From: Nitrospira sp.
Lineage (GTDB): Bacteria; Nitrospirota; Nitrospiria; Nitrospirales; Nitrospiraceae
Direction of reading: 5' to 3'
DNA: 64,000 nt
Assembly (NCBI GenBank): GCA_029194725.1
Contig: JARFXQ010000013.1
Coordinates: 2,611-66,610, forward strand
The first letter of the stretch is position 1, and every line of letters starts with the position of its first letter. A program made the position numbers and the translations under genes. Positions 19,424-27,827 of the stretch are shown here, one piece after another. The notes below the pieces were generated by a model. The model ran no database searches. It had not been told where the DNA came from and worked only from the letters and a program-made list of their open reading frames with translations.

Positions 19424-19864
19424 TCAGTACCGGAGTGTGGCGGTCGCAACACTACGACGGGCGCCGAAAAACTCCTTCGAAAACGACTCGACGACCGTGG
19501 GATCATACCCCTTGCAGCTGAAAATGTCGAGGTAGGCATGATTGGTTTCATTGGCAAAATGGCCGCTGATCAATGAGGTTGAGATCAGCTGCACCATGGA
19601 GTAACCGGCGACACGGCCTTCGCCGAAATTGACGACCTGGCATTTACCGTAGCGCTTCATGCCGATGAGCTCACAGAGCTCAACTACATAACGCTTAATA
19701 TGGTTCGCATCACGTATGAGATCGGGATTGCAATCGTGGAGATCAACGGCGGTGCAGAGCCCCCATGCCTTGCCGCTTCCCACCATGTCCTTGACAGGAT
19801 GAGGAGCAGCCGCAGGGGCGTTGGATGGTAAGATCGCGGACTCGGAACTGGCTGAGGTACTCAT
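19424..19864 (-). CDS. S-adenosylmethionine decarboxylase-family pyruvoyl proenzyme
   Basis: VDLHDC, GYSMVQLISTSLISGH and YLDIFSCK motifs. Confidence 0.75.
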   Translation of the reverse strand: MSTSASSESAILPSNAPAAAPHPVKDMVGSGKAWGLCTAVDLHDCNPDLIRDANHIKRYVVELCELIGMKRYGKCQVVNFGEGRVAGYSMVQLISTSLISGHFANETNHAYLDIFSCKGYDPTVVESFSKEFFGARRSVATATLRY

Positions 19865-20041
19865 AGAGGGTTAATCCCTTTCTGTAAAATGGTTGTGTTG
19901 ACAGGAACTCTCATGCGTGAACTATACCATAAATTCTCTTGCCGCGAATAAGAGCCGTGAGGAATATTTTGGCTTTGAGGGGGTGAGGCACGCTATTCTC
20001 CATCGGTTGACAAGGTCATGGAGCTCGGAACAATATGCCTC

Positions 20042-20221
20042 ATGCCATCCGCCCCCAACACTTCCAGGACCGAGTTGCCCGATCGTCTCTGCACTTGGTG
20101 CAAGGTTCTCATGAGGAAGCGGCTAGTGGGCGGCAGCCAATTCATCCATTACACCTGCCCAAAATGTATCTTTCAGCACACCACTAGACGTGGATCGGCA
20201 CTTCGGACACCGCATCGATAA
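20042..20221 (+). CDS. Small zinc-ribbon protein, hypothetical
   Basis: CTWC...CPKC pairs; TTGACA upstream at 20007. Confidence 0.55.
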   Translation: MPSAPNTSRTELPDRLCTWCKVLMRKRLVGGSQFIHYTCPKCIFQHTTRRGSALRTPHR

Positions 20222-20261
20222 CGTGTCTCATGAACCTGCTGGTGGTCCGGAAACTCCGATG

Positions 20262-20966
20262 CTAATAGTATTTCTCCCGATGAATGGGACAGAGTCCTTT
20301 GGCTTGAATGGTTGCCGTTACTTCCTTGATCATGTCATTGTTGCCGCACAGATAGACAGCTAAATCTCGAACCGACGTAACCTGTTCCTGAATGAGACCG
20401 TTCACTCGTCCTTTGACTCCGGTCCAGGTAGATCCAGGCTGAGACAAGGTGATCACAAAGGAAAACTGGGAGTGTCGCTCCGCCAAGGCTTGGAGCTCAT
20501 CTTGGTAATACAGATCCTGCTCATACCTCAGGCCCCAAATAAGCGTTACCGATTGAGTGTTATTTCGTTCGAGCTGCGTCAATAGCATGGACCGAAAGGG
20601 GGCAATTCCTGTCCCGGTCGCCACCAAGAGGATCCGTTTGGCAGGATCCTCTCGTAAATAAAAAGATCCAGCCGGCCCCTTAAAACTCACTGTATGGCCT
20701 TCGCGAAGACTGAAGAGGTAGGTCGACCCAGGTCCTCCCGGCACCAGGTTGAAGAGCAGCAGCACCCGATCCGAGATCAAGGGAGGTGAGGCAATGGAAT
20801 AGGGGCGCGTGACCGGGTACGGATAGCCCTCCTTTGGCACGTCAAACGAGATAAATTGCCCTGCCTTAAAGACGATTTCCTTGGGCTCACAGAGCGTGAG
20901 CTCTAATTCGCGGACATCCCCTGTCAAATCCCTGACCCGACTCACCTTAGCCCGAAAGAGTTCCAT
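20262..20966 (-). CDS. FAD/NAD(P)H-binding oxidoreductase (ferredoxin-NADP reductase-like)
   Basis: RPYSIAS, GPGSTYL, ATGTGIAP, YLCG and C-terminal EKYY motifs. Confidence 0.9.
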   Translation of the reverse strand: MELFRAKVSRVRDLTGDVRELELTLCEPKEIVFKAGQFISFDVPKEGYPYPVTRPYSIASPPLISDRVLLLFNLVPGGPGSTYLFSLREGHTVSFKGPAGSFYLREDPAKRILLVATGTGIAPFRSMLLTQLERNNTQSVTLIWGLRYEQDLYYQDELQALAERHSQFSFVITLSQPGSTWTGVKGRVNGLIQEQVTSVRDLAVYLCGNNDMIKEVTATIQAKGLCPIHREKYY

Positions 20967-21262
20967 TGTCGTCCTACTCCACTTCGCTAGCTCATAAGAC
21001 TTTCCCTTACCGTAACACATACGCTCACTCAGATCCGGGGAATGCGAATGCGCCCTTCTGGGCTGGCTCGCGATCCTCCTCTTCGCATGCGAGGGCACCG
21101 ACGACAAGCTGTGTGGAATGGGCGGCACGGACCAGGCGGATTCCTTTCCAGAAGTGAACTGGGCTATCGGATGGTCTGGGTTACCTTCTCAACTATGAAT
21201 TCTTCTGTTGAGGAATTCGAGTTGGTCACGGCTTCATGTGGCGTTATGCTCGGCCACCATAA

Positions 21263-21586
21263 CTAACCGCGAGAAAAATTACTTTGGACAAGATCGTCGA
21301 GAACATGGGTCAATCGTTCTCGATCCGAAGGGCTGATTGAAACAATTCTTGCCCCTAATTTAGGTTTACGCACGTGAATGACTTCCAGCTCGCAGGTCAA
21401 GGACCTTCCACCCTCAAGATCTATCCCCAGTTGGAGCACATCGCCGCTCTTCACGAACAGACGGCTTTCTAGACGGACGCCGGCCTCGCTCACGTCGAGC
21501 ACCTTACACGGCGCCGAGAGCGAGCCGCGCTGCAAGCGGCCGACACAGCCGACATCCACACGCGAGTGCTTACGCTTGAAACCCAT
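21263..21586 (-). CDS. PilZ-domain protein
   Basis: SD AGGAGG; RKHSR and DVSEAG motifs. Confidence 0.85.
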   Translation of the reverse strand: MGFKRKHSRVDVGCVGRLQRGSLSAPCKVLDVSEAGVRLESRLFVKSGDVLQLGIDLEGGRSLTCELEVIHVRKPKLGARIVSISPSDRERLTHVLDDLVQSNFSRG

Positions 21587-21652
21587 AGACACTCCTCCTA
21601 TTTTCACATCATAACAGGAGGCTAGCTCATGCCGAAGCGATTGCAGAAATGC

Positions 21653-22015
21653 CTACAGCTTTCCGCCGACCAAGGCTCGCACCTGTTCCATACGGTTGCG
21701 GTTCACGCCAAAATCGCTGTAGCCGGTGCGGGAAGCAGAACGAAAGTGAATGGTCTTCGTGGTCTCATCGAAGAGAAACTCCACGTCATCGACGAAGCGG
21801 AGCAGCAGGCTGGTGAACTCGTAGTGGAGATAGGACTCGTCGTCATCGACCAGCTTAGTTCGAGGCAATGTTGTGAGCACCGCCTTCAACGCTTCTTTCG
21901 CTTCCGCGCGAGACTTCGTGTACTGGAACGGCGCGATGGCATGGCGGTCATCAGGCGCCTGTGTCGAAACGCAATTAGGACTGGAAGGGCAAGGTGAAAG
22001 CGTACGTCGACTCAT
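21653..22015 (-). CDS. DUF1499-family protein
   Basis: PCPSSPNCVST, FVDDVEF and RSASRTGYSDFGVNRNR motifs. Confidence 0.88.
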   Translation of the reverse strand: MSRRTLSPCPSSPNCVSTQAPDDRHAIAPFQYTKSRAEAKEALKAVLTTLPRTKLVDDDESYLHYEFTSLLLRFVDDVEFLFDETTKTIHFRSASRTGYSDFGVNRNRMEQVRALVGGKL

Positions 22016-22087
22016 TTGCCCCGCACTTTACCCGCTTCCACTTCCGCGCGCAACCAGGTCTCTGCAACGCCTACAGCATAATGCTGG

Positions 22088-23197
22088 TCAATAGGAGATA
22101 CTCGTCAGCGTCGGTATTGTCTCAGCTTGGCCCACCACCTCTACCGAGACCCGTCCGACAATACGTCCGTCCTGGGATTCGACATCGATCCGCCAATCGC
22201 CTGGGTCGAGGCCTTGTTTGAAGCTATAGGCTCGATAGCCACCTTCGCGCCCACCGGAAATCTTGAGGGGAATTCTATCTGCATGCACGAACGGCCGCTC
22301 GCTGTTTGGTCGGAAGTACCAATGGTGGTAAATCGTGGTATTGAGATCGACCGGCGCAAAGACGGCGGTGAAGCAATAGATCGGCTGGTTCGAGGGATAG
22401 GTCGTATCTGAACGTTTCCAGAACTCATACCACTGTTTCTCAAAAGCCAGTTCGAACTGGTCTCCGGCTCGCTTTACGTCATGATAGATTCCGCCGAATT
22501 TGAGCGACAGCGGCACAGGCGGGATCCAATTCAGGAAATAAAACCCGACGAGCATACCGATCAATGCCGCGGCAGGAACGGTCACACCGATTGCTTCGCC
22601 TCGCGATCGCTCCGCATTATTACGATAGATCAACTGAGCCACTCGCAAGATGACCGCTAGGCTCACGATCGCTCCAACCACAAAAACCGCAGCATTCATG
22701 TAGCCGGTCATCACGGGGAAGAAGAATGTGAAGAACGCAAAACAGACCACGGCATAAAGGCTGATCAGCAGCCGGAGATTTGAGAGTCGGTCGCGCAAAA
22801 ACTCGTTGGCTACCAAGAGCATAATCAGTAATGCAAAGAAGACCGCCGTGCCGGTGAATGTGGCGCTTCGCGAGTAGAAAATTGTATAGGCACTGAAGAG
22901 CCCACCCAACAAGAATTGACTCGCCATGGGATAGTAGGGGCGGCTCTCCAATACCCAACGCATGAAGGGAGAACACGACGCGAGCTTGGCACGATCAGGT
23001 GGAGGCTCAATTCCCAATCGTCCTGTCAATACGATCAGGGCACCCAATAACGCCAGGTACAGCAAGAGCACGAGGTTATCCAATAGCCGATCGATGCGTG
23101 TGAGGGTGAGCGTGTCGTAGATCACACCAGAAAGAAAGAACACGGCAGGCATGAACGGTTTCGTGAGCGCAGACTGAATCTTTGTGAGCGGACTCAT
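22088..23197 (-). CDS. Membrane protein with a C-terminal DUF2914-like domain
   Basis: Multiple TM helices, IPPVPL, AVFAP, GGREGGYR and GDWRIDV motifs. Confidence 0.75.
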   Translation of the reverse strand: MSPLTKIQSALTKPFMPAVFFLSGVIYDTLTLTRIDRLLDNLVLLLYLALLGALIVLTGRLGIEPPPDRAKLASCSPFMRWVLESRPYYPMASQFLLGGLFSAYTIFYSRSATFTGTAVFFALLIMLLVANEFLRDRLSNLRLLISLYAVVCFAFFTFFFPVMTGYMNAAVFVVGAIVSLAVILRVAQLIYRNNAERSRGEAIGVTVPAAALIGMLVGFYFLNWIPPVPLSLKFGGIYHDVKRAGDQFELAFEKQWYEFWKRSDTTYPSNQPIYCFTAVFAPVDLNTTIYHHWYFRPNSERPFVHADRIPLKISGGREGGYRAYSFKQGLDPGDWRIDVESQDGRIVGRVSVEVVGQAETIPTLTSISY

Positions 23198-23307
23198 GTC
23201 ATCACAGTGCGAAATTGTCGGGAATTGATCAACGGAAATTTGGATTCACGAGACAGGGTTGATCGGCCGTGCCTGTGAGCAAGACGGGCTGCATGCATGA
23301 TGGTCAT

Positions 23308-24369
23308 TCACACGAACGCCGGTAAGGGGGCATACACGACCGGGTGGCCAATCAGCCGCTCCAACCATGGCGCCATCGCCTCTTCATGGAGCGGAGCGTA
23401 ATTGAGGCGCGCTTCGATCTTAAATTGCCCGCTGACTCCGACGATGCCGATGATCGCCGAAGCATCCTCTGTCTCAGGCAACACCGCGCGCGTTTGAAAT
23501 TCGCAGAGTGTGGTGTACAGGAGACCATACGGTCGAATCGCATTCTGCACCTCCGGCAGATCATCAAGCGGGCAGTGGACGGAACAACGATACACAAGCC
23601 GCGCTCCCGGTTCGATCCCCTGGAAATCCGCCAGGGCTCTTTCTGAAAATCCCGTGAGATAGACACGAACTCCGGCCGGTTCCGGATGGAACGTCTCTGC
23701 AAGCTTACTGGCCGGCACGAGGAATTCAAACGCATCGGACGTGTTGTACTCAAACTGGCAAGGACCAAACGCATCAGGCCATGAGCAGAAGAACGGAATG
23801 GAAGCATCGGAAGGTTGGACGATCACCACGTTCTTCTCCACATGGGTTTCGAGCGGCAGGTCTAGAACCGCGATCGCCTCAAGGAAGGCGGCTCGTCTCT
23901 CATCCAACCAGCTGGTCCGATCGGCATCGCCACGCGTTTCGCCGGGCGTGATGACGACCTGAGTCTGGAGGCGAACCCGGATGAACGAATGGACATGCCG
24001 AAATCCGATCCAGAACATGGCGCGTTGATCGTGAAGCTGCAGGGCTTCTCGAATGCGCCAGGGATGGCTGATGGAGCAATAGGTGCCGATATCCTGGTGA
24101 CGCTGATAGACCGTGTGGTAGGCTCCCGATAGGAGAAAGAAATCCCCGCGCCATCGTTCCCGTACGTGGATGAGCGTGACATCTTCCGTGGCCCAAGGGT
24201 CAAGCTGATCGAAGTCGTCGAGCGACCCGACCGTCCATTCCTCCACATAGCAGATCACATCGCTGGCGGGCGAGACCGGCTTTAACCCGAGTGCGGCGAG
24301 CCGGTCCCCCACGGCAAGGGCCTGACCGAAGCTCAAGGGCGTCGTCGTTTCCCACCGCCGCTCACGCAC
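23308..24369 (-). CDS. Hypothetical protein
   Basis: 353 aa ORF with protein-like composition; no recognised domain. Confidence 0.7.
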   Translation of the reverse strand: MRERRWETTTPLSFGQALAVGDRLAALGLKPVSPASDVICYVEEWTVGSLDDFDQLDPWATEDVTLIHVRERWRGDFFLLSGAYHTVYQRHQDIGTYCSISHPWRIREALQLHDQRAMFWIGFRHVHSFIRVRLQTQVVITPGETRGDADRTSWLDERRAAFLEAIAVLDLPLETHVEKNVVIVQPSDASIPFFCSWPDAFGPCQFEYNTSDAFEFLVPASKLAETFHPEPAGVRVYLTGFSERALADFQGIEPGARLVYRCSVHCPLDDLPEVQNAIRPYGLLYTTLCEFQTRAVLPETEDASAIIGIVGVSGQFKIEARLNYAPLHEEAMAPWLERLIGHPVVYAPLPAFV

Positions 24370-24450
24370 CGCGAGGGATCCTTGAAGACAGATTGAGGTT
24401 ATCGTCGATTTTCAGAAGATCAGGGCCTCTCACCACGGGGCTGCCACGGG

Positions 24451-25131
24451 TTACTGTTGAGGGAGACGCCGTGCCGGGCGTAACGCCTTATTATCAATCG
24501 TTGTGTCGGCGATCAGCCGATCTAATCCGTCTCTGATGGTCACCGCCAATTGTTCTCGCAGATCGTCTTCGCTGAACCAAAACACGGTTCGACTCCGCCC
24601 CCCTTCAATGGTGCGGATCGTCGTGCTTCGGTCGACGAGGTTCCGGGCCTGAATGGTGAACCGGCTGCTGGTGTCGATCACGGTGGAAAAGACGCGGCTC
24701 TTCGCGGTAGCGGAGAAATCTTTCACCTGTCCGCTGATGACAATATCGGCATCCGTAGCGGATCCTGGCGAGGCCACACGCACGTCCCACACCCGATCTC
24801 GCCACCCACGAGTTCTTAAGCGATCGGCGAGTCGATGAGTGATCAAGCTCGCAAGCCCATCACCCGACACATCGAAATAGGTGGTTCCTCCCCAGAGATG
24901 AGTACGCGTCCCCACACGGCTCTTGTCCGCCCGTCGATCGTCAAACAGTTCGACGGCAATCTTGACCGGATCGATGTCGGTCAGCTGCACCATAGGTGGC
25001 TTCTCGCGCAAATCCAGATGATGCACCTGTCCTATTCCTCTACAGCCGGCCAACATGGTCACTATCATGATGGCACAGCCCAGAACTCGCAATGACGATT
25101 GCTTCACGGGCTCCTCCCTGTCAAAGTTCAA
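24451..25131 (-). CDS. Putative lipoprotein
   Basis: Lipobox LAGC after a hydrophobic stretch; start uncertain. Confidence 0.7.
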   Translation of the reverse strand: MNFDREEPVKQSSLRVLGCAIMIVTMLAGCRGIGQVHHLDLREKPPMVQLTDIDPVKIAVELFDDRRADKSRVGTRTHLWGGTTYFDVSGDGLASLITHRLADRLRTRGWRDRVWDVRVASPGSATDADIVISGQVKDFSATAKSRVFSTVIDTSSRFTIQARNLVDRSTTIRTIEGGRSRTVFWFSEDDLREQLAVTIRDGLDRLIADTTIDNKALRPARRLPQQ

Positions 25132-25189
25132 AAAGAGTGGCGGCCCAGTCTACCCAAGTTTGGCGCCGGAGACAATTAGGATAAAAAAG

Positions 25190-25813
25190 TTAGGGGGTGA
25201 TGAGGGGGTGCATTGACCGAAAGGTTTCACATGCCATCTGAGCCAGCCGTCCCTCCCGTACTCGTGGGTCGTCTAGGGGCACATAGCGAGCGACCTTCAG
25301 GAACGATCGTTCTGCAAGCACGGCAGCGATCTGGGCTTTCCGGTCATGGGTGATCGGCAGCGTATAGCCCTCTCCCCGGTTCCACTCCCATAACGACGGT
25401 GCCAGAGAAAGTTCTAGGTCTCGTCCTGCGAGCTGGTGAAATCGGCCAAGTAGCTGACGCTTGTATCGTCCGATCTCCGAACCTTCCAGCAAGAGCGCAT
25501 AGACCACGTGGTGTCCCCACCAGACCAGCGTACGGAACGTGAACTTATCCGCGCCGGAGAAGTGTTTGGGACAATCAAGGTATTGATACGGAAAATGCTC
25601 CAGATGCTCGCCTTTTACCAGCTGATAGATCTGTGGATCGAAATCTGGAGGGACAACGAGCAACAGGCCCGCCAGCTCATTCCGTAATGCACCATGCGTC
25701 GCCTCCAGCAGAGCTCGTATTTTTGCCGCGATCGCAGCCTTTTTTCGAAAGAACCGTGCGTCGGCTAGTAGGGCGGTCTCTTCTTCGGTAAACCCAACGG
25801 ACTGGGCCATCAT
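25190..25813 (-). CDS. Hypothetical protein
   Basis: ORF containing KGEHLEHFPYQYLDCPK..FRTLVWWG; start chosen at the ATG pair 25813/25810. Confidence 0.7.
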   Translation of the reverse strand: MMAQSVGFTEEETALLADARFFRKKAAIAAKIRALLEATHGALRNELAGLLLVVPPDFDPQIYQLVKGEHLEHFPYQYLDCPKHFSGADKFTFRTLVWWGHHVVYALLLEGSEIGRYKRQLLGRFHQLAGRDLELSLAPSLWEWNRGEGYTLPITHDRKAQIAAVLAERSFLKVARYVPLDDPRVREGRLAQMACETFRSMHPLITP

Positions 25814-25859
25814 GGCGTAGGAGACGAGGGAATGATTCGTTCCTGTCGAAATTGTCCGG

Positions 25860-26231
25860 CTATTTGTGGCGTGTTTCAAATGCCGAGATCGTCAGCTTGT
25901 ATTGCCGTCGGCAGTCGGTGCAGCGCAACCGCACGAGATCCTGAAACACATCCATTTCACGGAGCGACAGCGAGGTATGATGTGTCGAGACGCAAGTCTT
26001 GAGGAGCGCCTCAGCGTGTTGTTCATCGCTCGGTGTGTCTTCTTCTGACGGTTGTGACGCCAAGGGCTCCTTTGAACTGACCGTGGCAACCGTTAGATAA
26101 TGGGTCGACTTGCATGAACTACAAGAGAGCACCACTGCACGGTCATCCCTCAGTCGCTTGATGGACACACACAGGGGATGGACCGACCAGCACTGTTGCA
26201 GAAACGCCCCGCTTCGGATGACCTGCGCCAT
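25860..26231 (-). CDS. Hypothetical zinc-binding protein with two CHCC-type repeats
   Basis: C-x3-H-x18/19-C-x2-C occurs twice. Confidence 0.75.
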   Translation of the reverse strand: MAQVIRSGAFLQQCWSVHPLCVSIKRLRDDRAVVLSCSSCKSTHYLTVATVSSKEPLASQPSEEDTPSDEQHAEALLKTCVSTHHTSLSLREMDVFQDLVRLRCTDCRRQYKLTISAFETRHK

Positions 26232-26241
26232 GATCGTCTGA

Positions 26242-26370
26242 GCAGGTTGTTGATAAAGCCCCCCAGCGGCGTTCTCGCAGCGATTAGAAAGCTCTACGTA
26301 CTACTCAGAGTACGTGCTTCGCCTCTTCGCTTCCTGCGCTGTTGCTGGACGACGTTTTTGACCAGCCTGC
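26242..26370. mobile_element. MITE/REP-like non-autonomous element with imperfect terminal inverted repeats
   Basis: GCAGGTTGTTGATAAAG ... GTTTTTGACCAGCCTGC (12/17 match as inverted repeats); internal CCAGC/GCTGG pair; no transposase. Confidence 0.6.
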
Positions 26371-26457
26371 GGGCTCCTGTGATAATGAAGTGAGACTTCT
26401 GAAAAGCGCTAAGTCACTCCCGACTCCCGAGTGTGGGGCGGGACGAAGAACCGGAAT

Positions 26458-26748
26458 TCAAAGCATCGCTCCCACAGGCACCCCATCTTTCTTCGGAGAA
26501 GGAGAGATGGCCCCCTCCTGGATCGAACGACAGGTTTTGCACACCCGCGGTCGTGCTTTCAAGAAGGAGACTTTCCCACTGGCAAGACAACTGTAGTGAA
26601 CAAACTCGTCACAGACCGTGCAACGAGACCAGCCTCCCCGAAGCATCGTTTTGTCCCGATACAGGTCTTCGCGGCACACCCTGCAAAGGCGCGGCTCGAT
26701 CGGAAGCGTCATCGGCTCCCACTCACCGCCAGCTTTTCGAATACTCAT
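26458..26748 (-). CDS. Small C4HC3 (PHD-finger-like) zinc-finger protein
   Basis: CRVC-x17-CTVC-x4-H-x2-C-x15-CKTC; alternative start at 26712. Confidence 0.7.
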   Translation of the reverse strand: MSIRKAGGEWEPMTLPIEPRLCRVCREDLYRDKTMLRGGWSRCTVCDEFVHYSCLASGKVSFLKARPRVCKTCRSIQEGAISPSPKKDGVPVGAML

Positions 26749-26789
26749 AGCGGAGGGAGTATAGCGGGACAACCGGCGGAAAAACAAGC

Positions 26790-27008
26790 GAAGGGTAAGC
26801 TGGTACCAGGTTTTCTTTGCAGAAATTGCCTTCGACGTCTTGCGTATCCATGCCGAACAACATTTTCTGCCTCTGCAACCCACGCCTCATCCACGGCCGT
26901 CAGTCGCTCGTCGTGCATCTGAGCCAGCAAACGCTCTGCCGACCGTTCACGTTCTGTCGAGGGAAGCCTTCCGGCCTGCCTTTCAAGCGCTAATGCATGG
27001 CTAGTCAT
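26790..27008 (-). pseudogene. Frameshifted remnant of an addiction-module antitoxin (TIGR02574-like)
   Basis: SD GAGGAGG; MTSHALALERQAGRLPSTERERSAERLL...VDEAWVAEAE, continuing in another frame after the A-run at 26863-26866 as KCCSAWIRKTSKAISAKK. Confidence 0.55.
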
Positions 27009-27142
27009 CGGCATCCTCCTCGGCCAACCACCTTCAGTTTCCAACTCTCTTTACGTTGGAGATAGGTCAATCGTCATACTTATGACCCAGCTTCTCAAGC
27101 GGAGAGATGGCGGATGCGAACCGTGCGACCTTCCACGCGCGG

Positions 27143-27565
27143 CTATTTGCCGCCGCCTGCAGCCGACTTGGTGGCGTGTGATATTCCAAGCCATCGGAGA
27201 GCGTCCTCAGGCCTGTCGAATGCCCTGACAAGCATGCCACGGTTCACTGCAACCGTTTCTCCGAACCTCCCTGGGTCAAGCACTGGTTCTTTTAGGACGA
27301 ATGCGAATTGTGTGGAAGGGGATACGCCCCGTTGTGCAAAGTCCCTGATCGTGTGAGCGGCGAATTCTCCGTAATAGAAGCGTTCCACTGTGCCCGGTTT
27401 TCCGACGAGCTTCCGCCCATCAAAGAACACTTTCTTGGCCTTGTGCCGTGCAACAGCCTCAAGGACCTCTACGAAGTTTCGTTTCGCGTCTTTTAACGAA
27501 AACTTCCCTATTGCGTCTACGGTGAGGATGCCTGATTCAACGTGTATTGCTAATAGCATGCTCAT
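27143..27565 (-). CDS. Hypothetical protein, possibly STAS/SpoIIAA-like
   Basis: KVFFDGRKL, FGETVAVNRG and AFDRPEDALRWL pattern. Confidence 0.6.
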   Translation of the reverse strand: MSMLLAIHVESGILTVDAIGKFSLKDAKRNFVEVLEAVARHKAKKVFFDGRKLVGKPGTVERFYYGEFAAHTIRDFAQRGVSPSTQFAFVLKEPVLDPGRFGETVAVNRGMLVRAFDRPEDALRWLGISHATKSAAGGGK

Positions 27566-27827
27566 GAGATCACCAGCCTTTCCAGCAAACGATTTGCGAG
27601 GGTCCGACGCACGATTGGAGGCGGAGGTGGCGTCGAAGGCTGCGAGCGTCTGGCAGCAGCAGCAGCAGCGGCTGATTGCGCGGCATCCAATGGGATCATA
27701 GGGAAAGGTCCATACATGATTGCCGATATGGATATTTCTTCGCACCATACCGAGTCATGTCGTCCTTCGCAACCTGCATGTGCGGGATGAGGGTACAGGT
27801 TCGGATGGTTGTGGTACTATGCCGTGC

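Noticed and set aside
19865-19960. SAM riboswitch ahead of the AdoMetDC-like gene
   Set aside because: Only a short leader after an extended -10 (TG-G-TATAGT); no SAM-I core sequences.
27654-27668. (CAG)5 microsatellite as a phase-variation tract
   Set aside because: Short, in-frame unit and not inside a credible gene or promoter.
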